A stretch of 18,941 bases of DNA from the NCBI GenBank assembly GCA_050253335.1, contig JBFWJG010000045.1, forward strand, positions 1 through 18,941, given 5' to 3'. Position numbers and translations under genes: made by a program. This document shows, piece after piece, positions 1 to 7,785 of this stretch; the first letter of the stretch is position 1, and each line of letters begins with the position of its first letter. The notes under the pieces were generated by a model that worked only from the letters and a program-made list of their open reading frames with translations, was not told where the DNA came from and searched no databases. Origin of the DNA: Deferribacterales bacterium (lineage in GTDB: Bacteria > Chrysiogenota > Deferribacteres > Deferribacterales > Geovibrionaceae).

Positions 1-3
1 AAA

Positions 4-95
4 GCCAAATTCTCCATCCGTGGGAATTTGGCATACACGTTCGCGCCGCATGAAATGCGGCTTCACTACGCGCGGCGGGTTCCCTCATGGGAACC
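4..95 (-). repeat. Three-hairpin GGA element (family A), copy A1
   Basis: Read on the - strand: hairpin ggttcc-CATGAG-ggaacc, linker cgccgcgcgtagtgaa, 17-nt hairpin gccgcat-ttc-atgcggc, linker gcgaacgtgta, hairpin gccaaattccc-ACGGAT-ggagaatttggc. Same layout as the copies at 301, 2429, 2789, 6056 and 8667. Confidence 0.85.
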
Positions 96-132
96 ATATC
101 TTTTCTGCCTTCGCTTAAAAACAAAAAAGTAT

Positions 133-245
133 ATATTTGCATAAATCCTCCCCAGCCCTCCTTTAACATAAAGGAGGGTGTTTTGCTTTTAACTGCAATA
201 CTTCCGCCTTTAACAAAGGGAAATAGAGGGGGATTTTGCAGATAT
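133..245. repeat. Nested palindromic (cruciform/REP-like) element
   Basis: Outer inverted repeat atatttgcataaatcctcccc...gggggattttgcagatat encloses two hairpins: ccctccttta-aca-taaaggaggg (156-178) and ccttt-aac-aaagg (207-219). Confidence 0.7.
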
Positions 246-300
246 GAACAAGCCTGTTGCTATGTTTGCCATGAGTTTGGCGCTCCCGTCTGTTTTGACA

Positions 301-396
301 ATCCAAAATTTGCCGTCCCTGGAAATTTTGGATACACGCTCGCGGCAGGTGAAACCTGCCTTCGCTGCACACGGTGCGCTCCCATCCTTGAGAGCG
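301..396 (-). repeat. Three-hairpin GGA element (family A), copy A2
   Basis: - strand: cgctctc-AAGGAT-gggagcg, caccgtgtgcagcgaa, ggcaggt-ttc-acctgcc, gcgagcgtgta, tccaaaatttcc-AGGGAC-ggcaaattttgga. Confidence 0.88.
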
Positions 397-550
397 TTTT
401 TGTTTTCAGCGTCACTGCGGGGAGCAGAGTGACGCGGCAGTCCCGTTTCCTGCATTAACCGCATCAGGCTGATATTACCTTCCTGCGTAATCACAAAATG
501 CTATTTTCATCACAGCTTAAATCCTTTATGCGTATAGCTTAAAAAACCAC

Positions 551-579
551 TTGACAGTGCGGAGCTCAACTCTTATTCT
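551..579 (+). promoter_or_regulatory. Sigma70-type promoter of the hrcA-grpE-dnaK-dnaJ operon
   Basis: TTGACA (551-556), 17-bp spacer, TATTCT (574-579), immediately upstream of CIRCE. Confidence 0.85.
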
Positions 580-583
580 TTAT

Positions 584-610
584 TTAGCACTCTTTAAGGT
601 TGAGTGCTAA
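584..610. promoter_or_regulatory. CIRCE operator (HrcA binding site)
   Basis: Exact TTAGCACTC-N9-GAGTGCTAA directly upstream of hrcA. Confidence 0.98.
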
Positions 611-650
611 CAATACTGACAGGATATTGATAAAACAGGTAAAGCTTGAA

Positions 651-1679
651 ATGCTGAACGAAAGGGAAGAGTCGGTACTCAGAATTATCGTTGAGGAATA
701 CATAAAGACCAGCGAGCCCGTCGGTTCCCGCTATATCTCAAAAAGCGGGCCGCTGCAGCTGAGCGCCGCATCCATACGCAACATAATGAGCGACCTTGAA
801 GAGAAGGGGTATCTCACCCAGCCGCATACTTCCGCCGGGCGAATCCCTTCCGACAACGGTTACCGCTATTACATAGACAAGCTGGTGGTTTTCGGCTCAC
901 CGGACAATGACATAATCTCCTCACTTCAGGAAGGCTGCCAAACCACCAGCGTTAACAGCTTCTTACAGCATTTCAGCCGTAAAATGGGCACACTGACCAA
1001 CGCAGTGGGCTTCGTTGTTGCGCCCAAACTGAACACAATGCACCTGAAACACATAGAATTTTTACAGTTTAACGCATACACGGTTCTGGCTGTAATAGTC
1101 ACCAAATCCGGCATTGTGCATAACCTCATGCTGGAGATGGAAAAACCGGTGGAGAAAAGCGACCTCACAAGGGTGAGCAACTACCTGAACCAGCACTTCG
1201 GCGATAAATCGCTGGGCGAGATAAAGACACACATACTCAGCGAGATGCAGGACAGAAAGGAGCACCTCGACAAGCTTTTTGAAAGGGCGTACACCCTCGG
1301 CGAGAGGGTTTTTTCCGTTGAGAACTTCGGGCATGAGATATATCTGGAAGGGACTTCAAACGTTCTGGATATGCCGGAGTTCAGAGATGTCCAGAAAATT
1401 AAAGAGATATACAGAATGTTTGAGGAAAAGCACTTCATCAGCGAAATACTGGACAAGTGCATGACCGAGAGCGGAGTGCAGATCTTTGTGGGCTCAGAAA
1501 TAGGCAAGGAGGAGATAAACGAACTCGGCCTTGTCTCCAAAACCTACTCCAGAGGCGGCAAAGTGGTGGGCAGCCTCGGCATAATAGGCCCGAAGAGGAT
1601 GAGCTACCCCAAGGTTGTCTCCATTGTGGACTGCACATCGGAGATCATAACCAAAATGCTCAACAGGCTTTCTGAATAA
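651..1679 (+). CDS. hrcA: Heat-inducible transcription repressor HrcA
   Basis: Motifs MLNERE..L..IVEEYI.T.EPVGS, SAASIRN.MSDLEE.GYL.QPHTSAGRIPSD.GYRYY and GIIGPKRM.Y. Start placed at ATG 651 (caggt SD-like at 636-640) because the TTG at 600 lies inside CIRCE. Confidence 0.97.
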   Translation: MLNEREESVLRIIVEEYIKTSEPVGSRYISKSGPLQLSAASIRNIMSDLEEKGYLTQPHTSAGRIPSDNGYRYYIDKLVVFGSPDNDIISSLQEGCQTTSVNSFLQHFSRKMGTLTNAVGFVVAPKLNTMHLKHIEFLQFNAYTVLAVIVTKSGIVHNLMLEMEKPVEKSDLTRVSNYLNQHFGDKSLGEIKTHILSEMQDRKEHLDKLFERAYTLGERVFSVENFGHEIYLEGTSNVLDMPEFRDVQKIKEIYRMFEEKHFISEILDKCMTESGVQIFVGSEIGKEEINELGLVSKTYSRGGKVVGSLGIIGPKRMSYPKVVSIVDCTSEIITKMLNRLSE

Positions 1680-1703
1680 GTAATAAATGACAAGAGGATA
1701 TAG

Positions 1704-2246
1704 ATGAATTCGGACGAGAAAAAAACTTTGGATGAACAGGCGGCGGAAAACTGTGCTGCGGAGGAACCTGCGGCGGAGAAGAGCGAGCTTGAGCTTCTGA
1801 AGGAAGAGAACGAAGCTCTCAGAAAACAGGCGGAGGAAGCGAAAGGGGATGCCCTCAGAGCAATTGCGGATGCCGATAACTTCCGCAAGCGCATGGCGAA
1901 AGAGGCGGAGGACAGAATAAAATTCGCAGGCACGAAGATACTGGAAAGCTTGCTCCCCGTGCTGGACAACCTCGAAATGGCTCTTATGCACGCTGAGGGG
2001 GACAACCCACTGAAACAGGGTGTGGAACTCACTCTTAAACAGATGCTTGAGACTCTGGGCAAAAACGGGCTTGAAAAGATCGCGCTGGAAACCGGAGCAG
2101 AGTTTGACCCCGCATTCCACGAGGCGCTCATGCTGGATAATACGGATGAATACGGAAACAACTGCGTTACCATGATTCTCCAGAACGGCTACACCCTCAA
2201 CGGCAGAGTGATACGCCCTGCTAAAGTTAAGGTAAATAAGAAGTAG
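1704..2246 (+). CDS. grpE: Nucleotide exchange factor GrpE
   Basis: Motifs LRA.AD.DNFRKR, LLPVLDNLE.AL, FDPAFHEA and GY.LNGRVIRPAKV.V; SD gagga; located between hrcA and dnaK. Confidence 0.97.
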   Translation: MNSDEKKTLDEQAAENCAAEEPAAEKSELELLKEENEALRKQAEEAKGDALRAIADADNFRKRMAKEAEDRIKFAGTKILESLLPVLDNLEMALMHAEGDNPLKQGVELTLKQMLETLGKNGLEKIALETGAEFDPAFHEALMLDNTDEYGNNCVTMILQNGYTLNGRVIRPAKVKVNKK

Positions 2247-2280
2247 ACCACTCTCTTAGGGAGTGCGTGTCTGATACCAA

Positions 2281-2414
2281 ACACACCCATGGATGGGTGC
2301 GTGGAGTGCGCAGCACAGCGAATGCGAGCAGCGCAAACGGAACCAGAGCAGCAAGGAGCTTTGCTCCGCAGGCTGCGAGTGAAAAAAAACTACAGGAAGT
2401 ACGTTTTTTTGAAC
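2281..2414 (+). repeat. Multi-hairpin GGA element (family D), copy D1
   Basis: caccc-ATGGAT-gggtg; a cgcagc...gctgcg-closed domain containing tgcg-agcag-cgca and gagca-gc-AAGGA-gc-tt-tgctc; then A8-c-tac-AGGAA-gta-c-g-T7. Near-identical to 2507-2640 and 2652-2774. Confidence 0.92.
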
Positions 2415-2428
2415 CAAGATCAGAAAGA

Positions 2429-2506
2429 GGCACACTGATGTGCCGACGCCGTGCGCAGCGAAGGTTTGCTTTGCAAACCGCGAGCGTGTACCGGAATCTG
2501 ACAGGA
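2429..2506 (+). repeat. Family A element, copy B1 (3'-truncated at the AGGA loop)
   Basis: Identical to 2789-2866, but stops after ccggaatctgacAGGA and joins D2. Confidence 0.9.
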
Positions 2507-2640
2507 ACACACCCATGGATGGGTGCGTGGAGCGCGCAGCACAGCGAATGCGAGCAGCGCAAGCGTAACCAGAGCAGCAAGGAGCTTTGCTCCGCAGGCT
2601 GCGAGTGAAAAAAAAGTGCAGGACGCAGCTTTTTTTGAAC
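2507..2640 (+). repeat. Family D element, copy D2
   Basis: Direct repeat of D1 at offset 226; the last hairpin carries compensatory changes (g-tgc-AGGAC-gca-g-c). Confidence 0.92.
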
Positions 2641-2651
2641 TAACATAAGAC

Positions 2652-2774
2652 GGATGGGTGCGTGGAGCGCGCAGCACAGCGAATGCGAGCAGCGCAAGCG
2701 TAACCAGAGCAGCAAGGAGCTTTGCTCCGCAGGCTGCGAGTGAAAAAAAACTACAGGAAGTACGTTTTTTGAAC
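2652..2774 (+). repeat. Family D element, copy D3 (5'-truncated at the first GGA loop)
   Basis: Identity to D1/D2 begins at GGATgggtgcgtgg; offset 135 from D2. Confidence 0.92.
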
Positions 2775-2788
2775 CAAGATAAGAAAGA

Positions 2789-2881
2789 GGCACACTGATG
2801 TGCCGACGCCGTGCGCAGCGAAGGTTTGCTTTGCAAACCGCGAGCGTGTACCGGAATCTGACAGGATGTCCAGATTCCGGT
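2789..2881 (+). repeat. Family A element, copy B2
   Basis: ggcac-ACTGAT-gtgcc, cgccgtgcgcagcgaa, ggtttgc-ttt-gcaaacc, gcgagcgtgta, ccggaatctg-ac-AGGAT-gt-c-cagattccgg. Confidence 0.9.
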
Positions 2882-2928
2882 GATAAGGACGGATTAAATA
2901 AGTAAAAGATATATCAGGAGGCATTTAT

Positions 2929-4851
2929 ATGAGCAAAGTAATCGGTATAGACCTCGGTACGACAAACTCGGTCGTGGCCATAATGGAAGGCGGTCAGCCG
3001 AAAGTTATCGCAAATGCGGAGGGCATGAACACAACTCCCTCTGTTGTTGCATTCACGGATTCAGACAGACTTGTGGGTCTGCTTGCGAAAAGACAGGCGA
3101 TCACTAACCCCGAAAACACGGTTTTCAGCATTAAAAGGCTTATCGGACGCAAGGTTGACGCTCCTCAGGTTGCTAAGGCGAAATCAGTTCTCCCCTACAG
3201 CATTGTCCCTTCCGACAACGGCGATGCGTGGGTTCAGGTTAAGGACAAGAAATTCGCTCCGCCCGAAATCTCCGCTATGATACTCCAGAAGCTGAAAAAA
3301 ACAGCGGAGGACTACCTCGGCGAAACCGTAACGGACGCTGTTGTAACTGTTCCTGCCTACTTTAACGATGCTCAGCGTCAGGCGACAAAGGATGCGGGCA
3401 AAATTGCGGGGCTTAACGTTCTCCGTATAATAAACGAACCCACGGCGGCGGCTCTCGCTTACGGTCTGGATAAAAAGCACGATGAAAAAATCGCGGTCTA
3501 TGACCTCGGCGGCGGTACTTTCGATGTGTCTATCCTCGAACTCGGCGACGGCGTTTTCGAAGTTAAGTCAACCAACGGTGACACATTCCTCGGCGGTGAC
3601 GACTTTGACATGCGTATAGTGGAATTCCTCATCGACCAGTTTAAAAAAGAAAACGGAATCGACCTCAGAAACGATAAAATGGCGCTTCAGAGGCTTAAAG
3701 AAGCCGCTGAAAAAGCCAAGCATGAGCTTTCAAGCTCAACAGAAACGGAGATCAACCTTCCGTTCATCACCGCAGACCAGACAGGCCCCAAGCACCTTGT
3801 GGTGAAAATGAACAGAAGCAAGCTGGAATCCCTCGTTATGGATCTGGTTGAAAACTCCCTTGAACCCTGCCGCAAAGCCCTTGCGGATGCCGGTCTCAAG
3901 GCGTCTGACATTGACGAGGTTATTCTTGTCGGCGGTATGACGAGAATGCCCCTTGTTCAGCAGAAGGTTAAGGCCTTCTTCGGCAAAGAGCCCCACAAAG
4001 GCATCAACCCCGATGAGGTGGTTGCTGTCGGTGCGGCTATTCAGGGCGCGGTTCTCAAAGGCGATGTGAAGGATGTTCTTCTTCTTGACGTAACACCCCT
4101 TTCACTCGGCATTGAAACCCTCGGCGGCGTGATGACAAAAATCATCCCCAGAAACACCACAATCCCCACAAGGAAAAGCCAGGTGTTCACAACCGCTGCG
4201 GATAACCAGACTTCAGTTACCATCAGCGTCTTCCAGGGAGAGCGTGAAATGGCTGCGGACAACAAATCCATCGGGCGTTTCGACCTTGTAGGTCTTCCTT
4301 CCGCTCCCAGAGGGCTCCCTCAGATCGAGGTTACATTCGACCTTGACGCAAACGGCATACTGAACGTTGCCGCTAAGGATCAGGGAACAGGCAAGGAACA
4401 GTCCATCAGGATAACACCCAGCAGCGGTCTTTCCGATGAAGAAGTCGATCGCATGGTTAAGGACGCCGAACTCAACGCTGATGCCGATAAGAAGAAAAAA
4501 GAGCTTGTGGAAATCCGCAATCAGGCTGACACTCTTATCTACAGCACGGAAAAATCCCTCGCCGACCACGGGGATAAGCTTGACGAAGCAACCAAAAACA
4601 ACATAGAATCCGCCAAGGAAGAGCTTAAAGCTGTTCAGGGCGGTGAAGATGTCGAGGCTATAAAAGCCGCTGTGGAAAAACTCACCGAAGCTTCTCACAA
4701 GCTCGCTGAAGTTATCTACAACGCTGCCCAGCAGCAGAATGCGCAGGGTGACGCAGGCGCACACCAGCACACTGAAGAACCCTCAGCATCCGCAAAAGAC
4801 GAAAACGTAGTCGATGCGGACTTCGAAGAAGTAAAAGACGATAAGAAATAA
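2929..4851 (+). CDS. dnaK: Molecular chaperone DnaK (Hsp70)
   Basis: Motifs [39 protein letters not shown] and C-terminal [11 protein letters not shown] aggagg. Confidence 0.99.
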   Translation: MSKVIGIDLGTTNSVVAIMEGGQPKVIANAEGMNTTPSVVAFTDSDRLVGLLAKRQAITNPENTVFSIKRLIGRKVDAPQVAKAKSVLPYSIVPSDNGDAWVQVKDKKFAPPEISAMILQKLKKTAEDYLGETVTDAVVTVPAYFNDAQRQATKDAGKIAGLNVLRIINEPTAAALAYGLDKKHDEKIAVYDLGGGTFDVSILELGDGVFEVKSTNGDTFLGGDDFDMRIVEFLIDQFKKENGIDLRNDKMALQRLKEAAEKAKHELSSSTETEINLPFITADQTGPKHLVVKMNRSKLESLVMDLVENSLEPCRKALADAGLKASDIDEVILVGGMTRMPLVQQKVKAFFGKEPHKGINPDEVVAVGAAIQGAVLKGDVKDVLLLDVTPLSLGIETLGGVMTKIIPRNTTIPTRKSQVFTTAADNQTSVTISVFQGEREMAADNKSIGRFDLVGLPSAPRGLPQIEVTFDLDANGILNVAAKDQGTGKEQSIRITPSSGLSDEEVDRMVKDAELNADADKKKKELVEIRNQADTLIYSTEKSLADHGDKLDEATKNNIESAKEELKAVQGGEDVEAIKAAVEKLTEASHKLAEVIYNAAQQQNAQGDAGAHQHTEEPSASAKDENVVDADFEEVKDDKK

Positions 4852-4864
4852 CATAACTTATAAG

Positions 4865-4890
4865 AAGGGAGCCGTAACAGGCTCCCTTTA
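4865..4890 (+). terminator. Stem-loop after dnaK (weak intrinsic terminator or mRNA stabiliser)
   Basis: 9-bp stem aagggagcc-gtaaca-ggctccctt with only a short U run. Confidence 0.65.
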
Positions 4891-4931
4891 ACTTCCTTCC
4901 CAAATAACAGCCTTTTTACGGGGATAAGTCA

Positions 4932-6053
4932 TTGAGCAGAGATTATTATGAGATCCTTGGCGTAAATAAGAACGCCTCGGAAGCAGAAATCAAAAAAGCC
5001 TACCGCAAACTGGCGATGGACTACCATCCCGACCGCAACCCGGGCAACAAAGAAGCCGAAGAAAAATTCAGAGAACTCTCAGAAGCATACGAAGTGCTGA
5101 GCGATCCGCAGAAGAGAGCGCAGTTTGATCAGTACGGCCGTGTTTTCGACAACAACGGATTCTCCGGAGGTTCCGGCGGATTCAGCGGCGCAGGAGCGGA
5201 AACCATTTTCGAGGAGTTCTTCGGCGATGTATTCGGCGACTTTTTCGGCTCCGCGGGACGCTCACGGAAGAAAAGCCGCCCCACCAGAGGGGGGGACATC
5301 AAACTCCGCCATGAAATAGAATTTGAACAGGCCGTTTTCGGCTGTGATATAGAAGTAAGCGTGCCCCGCATTGTGGAATGCACCAAATGCGGCGGAACAG
5401 GCGCGGAGGACGGCGGCATAGACACATGCGCCACATGCCGCGGAACAGGCGTTATCCAGAACAGGCAGGGGCTTTTCGCCATAACCACCACATGCTCATC
5501 ATGCGGCGGAACAGGCAAGGTCATAAAGAATGTCTGCAAGGAATGCAAAGGCGAAGGCGCAAAACGCATCCATAAAAAACTCAGCGTAAAAGTTCCCGCA
5601 GGAATAGAAGACGGCATGACAATCAGAATCAGCGGCGAAGGCAACCACGGACGCAACGGTGGGCCGGCGGGCGATCTTTATATAGCTGTAACTGTCAGGG
5701 AACATAAATTCTTCCGCCGTGACGGAAGGGACATCTATCTGGAACTTCCCGTGTCCGCCGTGGATGCAATGCTGGGTAAAACCATCGAAATTCCCACACT
5801 GGAAGGCAAAGAGGAAATAAAAATCAAGCCCGGCTCCCAGCCCGGAGATGTCATAACCCTCAAAGGAAAAGGCATAGCCGATGTTCAGGGCTACGGCGTG
5901 GGGAACCAGTACATAGAACTCAAGGTTATCATCCCCACCAAACTCACTAAAAAACAGAAAGACCTGCTGGCAAAATTCGAGGCGGATTCCAACGAAGACA
6001 CCTACAAAACCGACAGATCCCTGTTTGATAAAATAAAGGATTTTTTCGGGTAA
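4932..6053 (+). CDS. dnaJ: Molecular chaperone DnaJ
   Basis: J domain with HPD, G/F-rich region and four CxxCxGxG zinc repeats; TTG start. Confidence 0.98.
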   Translation: MSRDYYEILGVNKNASEAEIKKAYRKLAMDYHPDRNPGNKEAEEKFRELSEAYEVLSDPQKRAQFDQYGRVFDNNGFSGGSGGFSGAGAETIFEEFFGDVFGDFFGSAGRSRKKSRPTRGGDIKLRHEIEFEQAVFGCDIEVSVPRIVECTKCGGTGAEDGGIDTCATCRGTGVIQNRQGLFAITTTCSSCGGTGKVIKNVCKECKGEGAKRIHKKLSVKVPAGIEDGMTIRISGEGNHGRNGGPAGDLYIAVTVREHKFFRRDGRDIYLELPVSAVDAMLGKTIEIPTLEGKEEIKIKPGSQPGDVITLKGKGIADVQGYGVGNQYIELKVIIPTKLTKKQKDLLAKFEADSNEDTYKTDRSLFDKIKDFFG

Positions 6054-6207
6054 AACATCTTCACGGATGAAGATGCGCCGTGCGGAGCGAAGACTTGCCC
6101 TGCAAGGCGCGAGCGGTTCAGGCGAACCGCAGGACGCAGGTTCGCCGATATTAAGTTGATAAAATAAAGGATTTTTTCGGATAATACATCTTCACGGATG
6201 AAGATGC
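6025..6207 (+). repeat. 52-bp direct repeat (6025-6076 and 6156-6207) duplicating the dnaJ 3' end plus a GGA hairpin
   Basis: ttgataaaataaaggattttttcggRtaaWacatcttcacggatgaagatgc; 2 mismatches; offset 131. Confidence 0.93.
6056..6146 (+). repeat. Family A element, copy C
   Basis: catcttc-ACGGAT-gaagatg, cgccgtgcggagcgaa, gacttgc-cct-gcaaggc, gcgagcggttca, ggcgaacc-gc-AGGAC-gc-a-ggttcgcc. Confidence 0.88.
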
Positions 6208-6224
6208 TTGGCTAAAAATTTGGT

Positions 6225-6365
6225 TTTTTGGGAAGAGTTTGAGAAACCGTTTTTTCCCATAAAAAAAGGGTTTCTCATGAGCTTTTTATCAATAAAGTAA
6301 GAGTATTATAGCTTTACGGGGAAACTTTTTGTAAAAAGCTTTCCCCATACCCCTTCAAAAATTTT
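6225..6365. repeat. Inverted pair of AT-rich palindromic REP-like units
   Basis: + unit: tttttgggaagagtt followed by hairpin tgagaaacc..ggtttctca (6240-6277). - unit: tttttgaaggggtat followed by hairpin ggggaaa(g)cttttt..aaaaagtttcccc (6318-6346). Confidence 0.65.
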
Positions 6366-6402
6366 AAACTGCTTCGCAAAGATTCAGCAGTGAGGTATTT
6401 AT

Positions 6403-7785
6403 ATGTCCAAACTCAGTGCGGCAAGGCTCAAGGTAAAGAATGACAGTCTGGTGGATGAGTTCAACGCGTCTATTCATTTCGACAAGCGTTTGTACCGTCA
6501 TGACATAAAGGGCAGCATAGCTCATGCTGAGATGCTCGCTTCATGCGGTATTCTTACTGCGGAAGAGGCTGATGCGATTAAGGGCGGTCTTCTTGCTGTT
6601 CTCGGTGAGATAGAGTCCGGCGGTTTTGTTTTCCGTACTGAGGACGAGGACATCCACATGGCGGTTGAGAAGCGTATGACGGAGATAGTGGGCAGTGTGG
6701 GCGGAAAGCTTCATACAGCCCGCAGCAGGAACGATCAGGTTGCTGTGGATGTGCGCATGTATCTCCGTGAGGAGATTGAGGTTATCACGGGCTACATGGC
6801 GGAGCTTGTGAAGACTCTGACAGATAAGGCGGAGAAGCACTTAGGCGTACTTATGCCCGGCTACACTCATTTGCAGACGGCGCAGCCTGTCCTTGTTTCC
6901 CACTGGCTTATGGCGTATGTACAGATGTTCCGCAGGGATCACGGCAGGCTGGCGGACTGTGCGGAGAGGATGAATTTTTCCCCGCTGGGTTCAGGAGCCC
7001 TTGCCGGAACGACATTTGCGATAAACCGTGACATGACGGCGGCGAGCCTCGGGTTTACCGCACCAACTGAGAACAGTCTTGATTCGGTGAGCGACCGTGA
7101 TTTTGCTCTGGAGTTTCTTTCCGCGGCTGCCATATGCCAGATGCACCTTTCAAGATTCTCGGAAGAACTGATAATTTTCTCCACATCGGAGTTCGCGTTC
7201 ATAGATTTAAGTGATGACTTCTGCACGGGCAGCAGCATAATGCCTCAGAAGAAGAATCCGGATATGCCTGAGCTGATCAGGGGCAAGACCGGGCGCATGT
7301 ACGGCAACCTTGTGAGCCTGCTCACTACTATGAAGGGACTGCCCCTTGCATATAACAAAGATATGCAGGAGGACAAGGAGCCGCTTTTCGACTCTGTGGA
7401 CACGCTCAAGGCTTCCCTGCGCATATTCATTCCCATGATAGAGAAGATGGGCATAAACGCTGAAAAAATGACGAAAGCGGCGAAGCTCGGCTTCTCCACC
7501 GCCACTGATCTGGCTGACTATCTTGTGCGCAAGGGGATGCCTTTCAGGGAGGCGCACCATGTGGTGGGTTCCGCTGTGGCTTTTGCACTGGATAAGAGGG
7601 CTGACATAAGCGAACTGACGCTGGCGGAGCTTAAATCCTTTTCCGAAAAGATAGATGATGATATATATTCATACATCACCCCTGAAGCGTCCGTAAGCAG
7701 CAGAAAGGCGAAGGGCGGCACTGCCGGGGAATCCGTAAAGGCGCAGATAGAAAGCGCGAGGAAGTTTCTGGATGAGGTTTTATAA
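6403..7785 (+). CDS. argH: Argininosuccinate lyase
   Basis: Motifs [27 protein letters not shown], the fumarate-lyase signature [12 protein letters not shown] and [10 protein letters not shown]. Confidence 0.98.
   Translation: MSKLSAARLKVKNDSLVDEFNASIHFDKRLYRHDIKGSIAHAEMLASCGILTAEEADAIKGGLLAVLGEIESGGFVFRTEDEDIHMAVEKRMTEIVGSVGGKLHTARSRNDQVAVDVRMYLREEIEVITGYMAELVKTLTDKAEKHLGVLMPGYTHLQTAQPVLVSHWLMAYVQMFRRDHGRLADCAERMNFSPLGSGALAGTTFAINRDMTAASLGFTAPTENSLDSVSDRDFALEFLSAAAICQMHLSRFSEELIIFSTSEFAFIDLSDDFCTGSSIMPQKKNPDMPELIRGKTGRMYGNLVSLLTTMKGLPLAYNKDMQEDKEPLFDSVDTLKASLRIFIPMIEKMGINAEKMTKAAKLGFSTATDLADYLVRKGMPFREAHHVVGSAVAFALDKRADISELTLAELKSFSEKIDDDIYSYITPEASVSSRKAKGGTAGESVKAQIESARKFLDEVL

Noticed and set aside
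4..95. Family A copies as tRNA genes or integron attC sites
   Set aside because: No T/D-loop consensus or acceptor stem; no RYYYAAC/GTTRRRY ends, cassette organisation or integrase.
87..494. Short ORFs upstream of hrcA
   Set aside because: They run through palindromic repeats, have no recognisable domain, and overlap one another.
600..650. N-terminal extension of HrcA from TTG 600
   Set aside because: The codon lies inside the CIRCE operator; HrcA similarity starts at ATG 651.
2227..2836. Overlapping ORFs of 86-188 aa with repeated peptides in the grpE-dnaK gap
   Set aside because: They are translations of the DNA repeat array, occur in several frames on both strands, and show no protein-like features.
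2281..2881. Possible CRISPR array
   Set aside because: Units are about 90-135 nt, there are no regular unique spacers, and no cas genes are present.
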